From contig OZ246888.1 in NCBI GenBank assembly GCA_965231775.1, forward strand, positions 338,853 to 402,852: DNA of 64,000 nucleotides, in the 5' to 3' direction. Made by a program: the position numbers and the translations under genes. Below, piece after piece: positions 58,563-64,000 of this stretch; the first letter of the stretch is position 1; each line of letters starts with the position of its first letter. Under the pieces are notes generated by a model. The model worked only from the letters and a program-made list of their open reading frames with translations. It was not told the DNA's origin and made no database searches. Source of the DNA: Candidatus Binatia bacterium. Lineage in GTDB: Bacteria > Desulfobacterota > Binatia > Bin18.

Positions 58563-59348
58563 TCATTTGAATACAGGCTTCCGTTTTTCCACAAACGCCC
58601 GGGCCGCCTCTTTGGCATCCTCGCTCCCCGTCAGCTCGTGCGTCATATTTTGCTCAAAGCGGTAGCCATCGCGCAGCTCCATGAATTCAATCGCATTCAT
58701 AGCATGTTTGGCAAGCCGGATGGCCAGCGGACTCTTGTCGGCAATCACTTGGGCCTGGGCGCGGGCTTCGTCCATGAGTTGCTCCGGCGGAACAACTTTT
58801 TCCACAATGCCCCGACGGTATAGCTCCTGCGCGTCGAGCCGTTCTCCCGTGTACATCATCTTGCGGGCTTTATAGACACCAAAGAGGCGCTGGGTATGGC
58901 GACCGCCGCCCAACAGACCAACGTCGATTTCGGGCAGACCGAGCAGCGCCCGTTCCGACGCAATCAGCATATCGCACGATGCCACCAGGGCCAGCCCTCC
59001 ACCCAGAGCCGGGCCATTGATCGCGCCGATGACCGGGACGGAACATTCCAGAATAGAATGAAAAGCTTCGCGGGCGGCCCGCGAGTGGGCCCACATGGCT
59101 CCGTGACGCGGCTGTTGTGCGCCGTCATCCAGCGAGCGCGAACGCGCCTTCATATCCGCGCCAGCACAAAAACATTTTCCCGCCCCGGTAAAGATGGCCA
59201 CCCGGACATCGGCACGATTATTCAGGGCATCGAAGGCGGCTTGAATCTCGTCAAACATCTGCCGGTTCATGGCATTCACGGGCGGGCGATCGATCGTGAC
59301 CGTGGCAATATAGTCTCTGATATCGGTTTTAATGCTTGCGGTGTCCAT
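58563..59348 (-). CDS. enoyl-CoA hydratase/isomerase family protein
   Basis: Crotonase fold motifs (AFCAGADMK, GGGLALV). Confidence 0.85.
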   Translation of the reverse strand: MDTASIKTDIRDYIATVTIDRPPVNAMNRQMFDEIQAAFDALNNRADVRVAIFTGAGKCFCAGADMKARSRSLDDGAQQPRHGAMWAHSRAAREAFHSILECSVPVIGAINGPALGGGLALVASCDMLIASERALLGLPEIDVGLLGGGRHTQRLFGVYKARKMMYTGERLDAQELYRRGIVEKVVPPEQLMDEARAQAQVIADKSPLAIRLAKHAMNAIEFMELRDGYRFEQNMTHELTGSEDAKEAARAFVEKRKPVFK

Positions 59349-59418
59349 TATACACCTCTTGAGTCTTGAAGCGCACTGTACGGGAAGTTCGGGGAGATGT
59401 CGATAATTCCCAGGCCGG

Positions 59419-59784
59419 CTAGCGCAGTGTTCTTTTACTCTGCTCGTTGGCTTTCCGGGTCTGCCGGGGCAGAGAAAAGAGATCGACCCACCACCATACC
59501 CCGATAACGGGCAGGGCCAGCAGCCCGCTCACCAGGGGCAGGCTTGGCGAGGGGATGGTGAACACAAGATTCTGCCACAGCCTCGACAATGCCAGTCCAA
59601 TGACAATCGGGATACTCGGCGAAGGAAGAATGAGCACCTGGGTAAGTGCCCAGAGTCCGGCCCAGGTCGCAAGCAAAAAAAAGACCCCCTTCCGTGGCTT
59701 TCCCAAGTAGATCGTATGCAGGCCAGCAAGTCCAAAAAGACTCAGAGCAAAGAAGAGGTAGGCCCAGCCAAGCGACTTTTTCAT
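59419..59784 (-). CDS. TM2 domain membrane protein
   Basis: GLHTIYLGKPRKG TM2-domain motif plus hydrophobic helices. Confidence 0.55.
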   Translation of the reverse strand: MKKSLGWAYLFFALSLFGLAGLHTIYLGKPRKGVFFLLATWAGLWALTQVLILPSPSIPIVIGLALSRLWQNLVFTIPSPSLPLVSGLLALPVIGVWWWVDLFSLPRQTRKANEQSKRTLR

Positions 59785-59944
59785 CTTTGTTCGTCCAGAG
59801 ACGGATAGTGAACTTATCGTAATCGGTCAGCGGATAAAGGCCAAGGCGTAGCCGCGTGTGGTGCTTCTCGCCGGGTTCTGTTAGAGCACAATTCTGTTAG
59901 AGAGCAGGACAGTCGCAGAGTCAGTCGAATGAGGAGAGATGCTT

Positions 59945-60712
59945 ATGCCAGGACGATTAGCGGATAAGGTCGTATTAATTACAGGCTCCGGCGGTGGACA
60001 GGGACGCGCCGCTGCGCTGATGTTCGCCCAGGAAGGCGCAAAAGTCGTTGTCACAGACATTAAAGTCGAGGGTGGCAACGAGACGGTCGAGCTGGTCAAA
60101 GCAGCCGGGGGAGACGCGGTGTTTCAAGAGACCGACGTCTCAAATGCAGCCAATATCAAAACGGCGGTTGACTGTGCGGTCGAGACGTACGGGGGTTTAC
60201 ACATCATGTATAACAACGCGGCTGTCCTGCATAAGCACGACACGACCGTCACCAACCTTGAAGAGGAGATGTGGGATTTCGTTCTGAATGTGAATCTCAA
60301 GAGCGTCTACTTGGGCTGTAAATATGCGATTCCCGAAATGACTAAGGTCGGGGGTGGATCGATTATCAACGTTTCTTCGTTGGCCGGGATCCTGGGCGTT
60401 GGTAATGTCCATGCGTATACTGCGGCCAAAGGGGGCGTGGTTTCGCTCACCAAGGCGATTGCGACGGCCTATGCTTCCAAGAACATTCGTTGCAATGTCA
60501 TGTGTCCCGGCGCTGTGGATACGCCGATGATGGCCCATGTTCTGCATAGTTCCAATCCCAAACGCCTGGAACGTGTGGCCAAGAGCCACCCGCTTGGTCG
60601 TGTGGGCACGCCAGAAGACGTTGCATCCATGGGGCTCTTTCTGGCCTCGGATGAGTCGTCATGGGTCACTGGTTCGGTGTTCACGGTTGACGGGGGATAT
60701 GCAGCCCAATAG
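59945..60712 (+). CDS. SDR-family oxidoreductase
   Basis: ITGSGGGQGRA motif and NNAA. RBS gaggagag is spaced better for the ATG at 59945 than for 59939. Confidence 0.85.
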   Translation: MPGRLADKVVLITGSGGGQGRAAALMFAQEGAKVVVTDIKVEGGNETVELVKAAGGDAVFQETDVSNAANIKTAVDCAVETYGGLHIMYNNAAVLHKHDTTVTNLEEEMWDFVLNVNLKSVYLGCKYAIPEMTKVGGGSIINVSSLAGILGVGNVHAYTAAKGGVVSLTKAIATAYASKNIRCNVMCPGAVDTPMMAHVLHSSNPKRLERVAKSHPLGRVGTPEDVASMGLFLASDESSWVTGSVFTVDGGYAAQ

Positions 60713-60747
60713 GTCATGGGTGTTACGAAATCGAAAGGAGAGGCTGG

Positions 60748-62136
60748 ATGCGGAGCGAGCCTGGACGGATTAAACATCTTCTCGACCTGAGCGTAGGACT
60801 CATCGGCCTGCTTGGTTGCAGTCTCGTTTTTTACGCGCAGCCCCTCTGGGCCGTGGAAGACCAGAACGGGCGACCGGAGAAAACCTGGAAGAAGCTGGCC
60901 GAGCTCTCCGAAGAAGAGCGGAGCGCCATCGATATGGCGCAGGACACGCCGCGCGATGCGACCATCCCGTATCTGCCGGCCGAAGCCTATCCGTTTCGTG
61001 CTCCCTACACAGCTGAGGAAATGGGCTTTCGCGCTATGGAATTCCCGCATATGCCGCGCTGGAACTGCGTTCAGGTCGAGGATATGGGGCTGCTGACTCC
61101 CAGCGGCTCCCTGTCCAGTTCACAAATTCTCGTCCTGGTGCATTATCGAAAACCCGAGGGTCTGATTGGACACCTGACCGCGCAACCGGGGGAACTGTTG
61201 ACGCACTGGCTGACGCAGGGTCTCTCTCCACCTGAAAATTACGGCAATCAAATGCTCTTCATGACCTACCGGACCGACCAGGAAAAGCGCACCAAGGCCG
61301 ACCTGTTCGGCTACTCGCCGGCCATCCGTCGGGTGCGCCGCTTCCCGCAACCCCAGCGCGAAGACAAAATGGCCACCTGGCCGATGACATTCGATGATTC
61401 GCTCGGGCGCGACGCCTGGGAGTTTTCGTGGCGCGTACTCGGAACCGATACCCTGACCGAGACGGTCCGCTTCCCGAAAACGCGCCCGATCATTACTCTG
61501 GCGACCGCGGAGGGAAGCTTTACCGACGTTCCGGTCCAGGACCTGAAAATCATGGGGGACGACTATCCACACTATCAGCCGGACGGGGGCGTGCGCACCT
61601 ACGTCCTGGAATCCCGTCCAAAGTCGGACTGGTTGCCAGATTATTACGCCACTAAGGTCCTGTATTGGTTAGAGCAGTACTATTTCTATCCGCTGCGGAT
61701 AGAGGTCTACGGGCAGCAGGACGAGCTTATCTTTGTTGAGGAGCGGATGACCCAAATGATGAATCCGAACCTCGGGGAGCGTGGCTATCACAACCTGATT
61801 GCGGTCTGGTGGGACGCCCAGGCCGACTATTATGGCTACACCCTGCACGACGCCATGCAGGTCAAAGACTGGTCACAGAAAGATGTGGATGTGTTCTTCT
61901 CACCCGACTTTATGCGGCGCGGCTGGTTCCCCGCACCTCTAAAAACTCAAGCGATCATCAGAACTCCGGAAGAATTCTTTTTACGTCCGCACTTATACAA
62001 GGACAAGTTTCCTGAGGAGCGCAACTTGCAGTTATCGCCTACAATCGAAGCGCGTATTCGCGCCCAGGATGCGGCCGGCCAGATTGTCTTTGGGGAAGAG
62101 CCGGAACTCGTCAAGACGAATACCGCACCGAACTGA
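60748..62136 (+). CDS. secreted hypothetical protein (DUF1329/LolA-like fold suspected)
   Basis: N-terminal signal/TM. No catalytic motif recognised. Family assignment is from weak recollection. Confidence 0.4.
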   Translation: MRSEPGRIKHLLDLSVGLIGLLGCSLVFYAQPLWAVEDQNGRPEKTWKKLAELSEEERSAIDMAQDTPRDATIPYLPAEAYPFRAPYTAEEMGFRAMEFPHMPRWNCVQVEDMGLLTPSGSLSSSQILVLVHYRKPEGLIGHLTAQPGELLTHWLTQGLSPPENYGNQMLFMTYRTDQEKRTKADLFGYSPAIRRVRRFPQPQREDKMATWPMTFDDSLGRDAWEFSWRVLGTDTLTETVRFPKTRPIITLATAEGSFTDVPVQDLKIMGDDYPHYQPDGGVRTYVLESRPKSDWLPDYYATKVLYWLEQYYFYPLRIEVYGQQDELIFVEERMTQMMNPNLGERGYHNLIAVWWDAQADYYGYTLHDAMQVKDWSQKDVDVFFSPDFMRRGWFPAPLKTQAIIRTPEEFFLRPHLYKDKFPEERNLQLSPTIEARIRAQDAAGQIVFGEEPELVKTNTAPN

Positions 62137-62144
62137 AGCGCGCC

Positions 62145-62891
62145 CTAATCCGCCAGGGGCTTGAAGCCGCCAAAAATCGCAAAATTCAGAAACTTCCAAT
62201 AGCAGTCCACAATAGTGAAGCCGGCCTCTCGCCACCAGTTTAGCTGAGGTTCCAGTGGAGCAATATGGCTACTCTGCCCCTTGGGACGCTGCATGGCGGT
62301 CCGCACCTGGCGAATTTCTTCGAGCGAGTGCAGCTCTCCTGTCTGCTCCTGGACCTGCTGCTGGATAACCCGATCCGCCAAGGGGGTGAACTGGTCGCGT
62401 AACGCAGGCTCCCCGGCAACCACGTCATTGTTGAGGAACAGGCCGCCAGGCTGGAGCAGACCGAACACCTCAGCACAAAGCGTTCGCTTGCGCTCATCGG
62501 TCAGGTGATGCAGCGCAATGGCTGAGACTGCGGCATGAAACGGTCCGGGCAGATCGGCGTGCCAGGTGGGATCGGCCAGATCGCGCAGAAAAAGTTCGAC
62601 TTGCACGCCATACTTGCTGAGGCGGGGCTCGGCATGCTCGTGCATGGCGGTCGAGCCGTCAACCCAGGTGACTGTTGCGTGTGGATAATAGGAGAGAATC
62701 GTCTCTGTGACCGCCCCATAGCCCGCGCCTAAATCGAGCACACGGATCGGTTCATCAGCCGACCAAGGGAAGAGGTCGAGCAAGGTATTGAGTTGCTCAA
62801 GGCGCTTCGGAATCAAAAACGCGCTCCGCTGTACAAAATAGTCAACTTTGTCTTGATCTCCCCAGCCACACAGGGTATCCGGCTCGGCCAT
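62145..62891 (-). CDS. class I SAM-dependent methyltransferase
   Basis: VLDLGAGYGAVT motif I. Small-molecule MTase size. Confidence 0.7.
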   Translation of the reverse strand: MAEPDTLCGWGDQDKVDYFVQRSAFLIPKRLEQLNTLLDLFPWSADEPIRVLDLGAGYGAVTETILSYYPHATVTWVDGSTAMHEHAEPRLSKYGVQVELFLRDLADPTWHADLPGPFHAAVSAIALHHLTDERKRTLCAEVFGLLQPGGLFLNNDVVAGEPALRDQFTPLADRVIQQQVQEQTGELHSLEEIRQVRTAMQRPKGQSSHIAPLEPQLNWWREAGFTIVDCYWKFLNFAIFGGFKPLAD

Positions 62892-63050
62892 GAGTCTCCC
62901 TCCCGTATAATCTCGATTCTGTCATCAATGCGTAAGAACGGTCTGCGCAGGCTCCTCCCTCATAAAGGTTCCGTTGCTCTGGGGTCAATCCTCTAGCTAA
63001 TGTATCGCGTGAATCATTGAAGTGGTATGACGCATACCAAGGAGGGAGCC

Positions 63051-64000
63051 ATGATCGTCCCAGCGCGCAAACAATACAAAGTCACCACCGAAGAGAATGT
63101 GCCGATGACAACCCGGGATGGGATCACGCTGTACGCCGACGTGGTCCGGCCGGACTCGGACGAGCGTTTTCCCGTCCTGCTGAGCCGGACGCCCTATGGC
63201 AAAAAGGGCTCCGCCGACCCCAACGGTCTCAATGCCTCGTATGCGCAGTATGGCTATGTCTGTATGACCCAGGACTGTCGCGGCCGTTTTGCGTCCGAAG
63301 GAGAATACGACACCATCTTTCAGGAGGCTGCCGACGGCTACGATGCCGTGGAATGGGCCGCCCGCCTGCCGTGGTCGAACGGTCGGGTAGGGACGACCGG
63401 CCAGTCCTATTTGGGGCTGACGCAGTATCTGATTGCCTGTAACGACCCCATGCCGCCGTCCCTCCAGTGCATGGCGCCGGTTTCCGCTTCGGCCGACTAT
63501 CATGCCAGTTGGATCTATCAGACCGGCGGGGTGTCAAAATGGGGCTGGATGGTGCCGTATGCCATCTTCAAGGGCCTCGACACACTCAAGCGCCAGGGCC
63601 GCAGAGACCTGATGGAAAAGATGAAGGAGTATGTCGAAGGCGGCAAGTTAGCCGGCGTGCGGACGACCCGCTGGGGCTTGAACGCCTTCACCCCCCTGAC
63701 AGACGAATGGTATCGCCACCTGCCGATCAAAGACTGGGGTGAACTGCTCAAAGAAACCGCTCCGTATATGGCCGAGCACATCGCCCATGCCGATGACGGA
63801 GAATATTGGGACCGGGCCAATGTGAACCGTTTTGCTGAGACGATCAGCACGCCGATGCTGCATGTCACCTCGTGGTACGATACGTTTGCCGAGGGTGGAC
63901 CGGCCGCCTATCAGAGCATCACTCGTAGAAGTCAGTTTGAGGTAGCCCGAACCGGCCAACGGCTGATCATCGGACCGTGGGGCCATCTCTTACCCTATAC
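63051..64000 (+). CDS. CocE/NonD-family (S15 X-Pro dipeptidyl-peptidase-like) hydrolase, 3' truncated by window end
   Basis: RBS aaggaggg precedes the ATG at 63051. GQSYLG nucleophile motif. Not in the track because it has no stop within the window. Confidence 0.7.
   Translation, partial: MIVPARKQYKVTTEENVPMTTRDGITLYADVVRPDSDERFPVLLSRTPYGKKGSADPNGLNASYAQYGYVCMTQDCRGRFASEGEYDTIFQEAADGYDAVEWAARLPWSNGRVGTTGQSYLGLTQYLIACNDPMPPSLQCMAPVSASADYHASWIYQTGGVSKWGWMVPYAIFKGLDTLKRQGRRDLMEKMKEYVEGGKLAGVRTTRWGLNAFTPLTDEWYRHLPIKDWGELLKETAPYMAEHIAHADDGEYWDRANVNRFAETISTPMLHVTSWYDTFAEGGPAAYQSITRRSQFEVARTGQRLIIGPWGHLLPY

Overview
High-GC bacterial chromosomal segment (lineage unresolved; AGGAGG-type ribosome-binding sites are used throughout). 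Most of it is densely packed catabolic genes: short-chain dehydrogenases, three luciferase-like (LLM) flavin monooxygenases, acyl-CoA dehydrogenases, a FadJ/FadH-like beta-oxidation pair, amidohydrolases, cupins, an amidase, a HlyD plus ABC-2 efflux cluster, SelO, a beta-carbonic anhydrase and a GST. No rRNA, tRNA, CRISPR array, integrase or transposase was recognised.

Two lower-GC insertions stand out. Each sits between an intact gene and a displaced copy of that gene's own 3' end.

- Island 1 (about 5968-11040) carries a 1308-aa protein with an N-terminal Mrr-like PD-(D/E)xK nuclease, a STAND/NB-ARC-type P-loop NTPase and a long helical C-terminal region. This is the Avs/AVAST-like antiviral architecture. 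BrnA-family ribbon-helix-helix genes flank it on both sides. A frameshifted Phd/YefM antitoxin remnant lies just upstream, and a divergent 3' fragment of the flanking EthD-like gene lies at its far end.
- Island 2 (about 51305-57135) carries a single-chain MmeI-like type IIL restriction-modification enzyme, a MazEF-like toxin-antitoxin pair and a three-gene operon: a small acidic peptide, an MvdD-family ATP-grasp ligase and a 4-TM membrane protein. The operon is read as a graspetide (omega-ester RiPP) cluster. The island is bounded by a duplicated LLM 3' end plus a structured GC-rich inverted-repeat element.

Other notable items:
- a GrdB/PrdB-family selenoprotein gene with an in-frame TGA, a UxxC motif and a SECIS-like hairpin, split in two by the ORF track;
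- two degraded VapBC-like loci, each with an intact antitoxin and a toxin stub;
- a frameshifted phosphotriesterase-related gene;
- an in-frame 81-nt tandem duplication inside the STAND protein.
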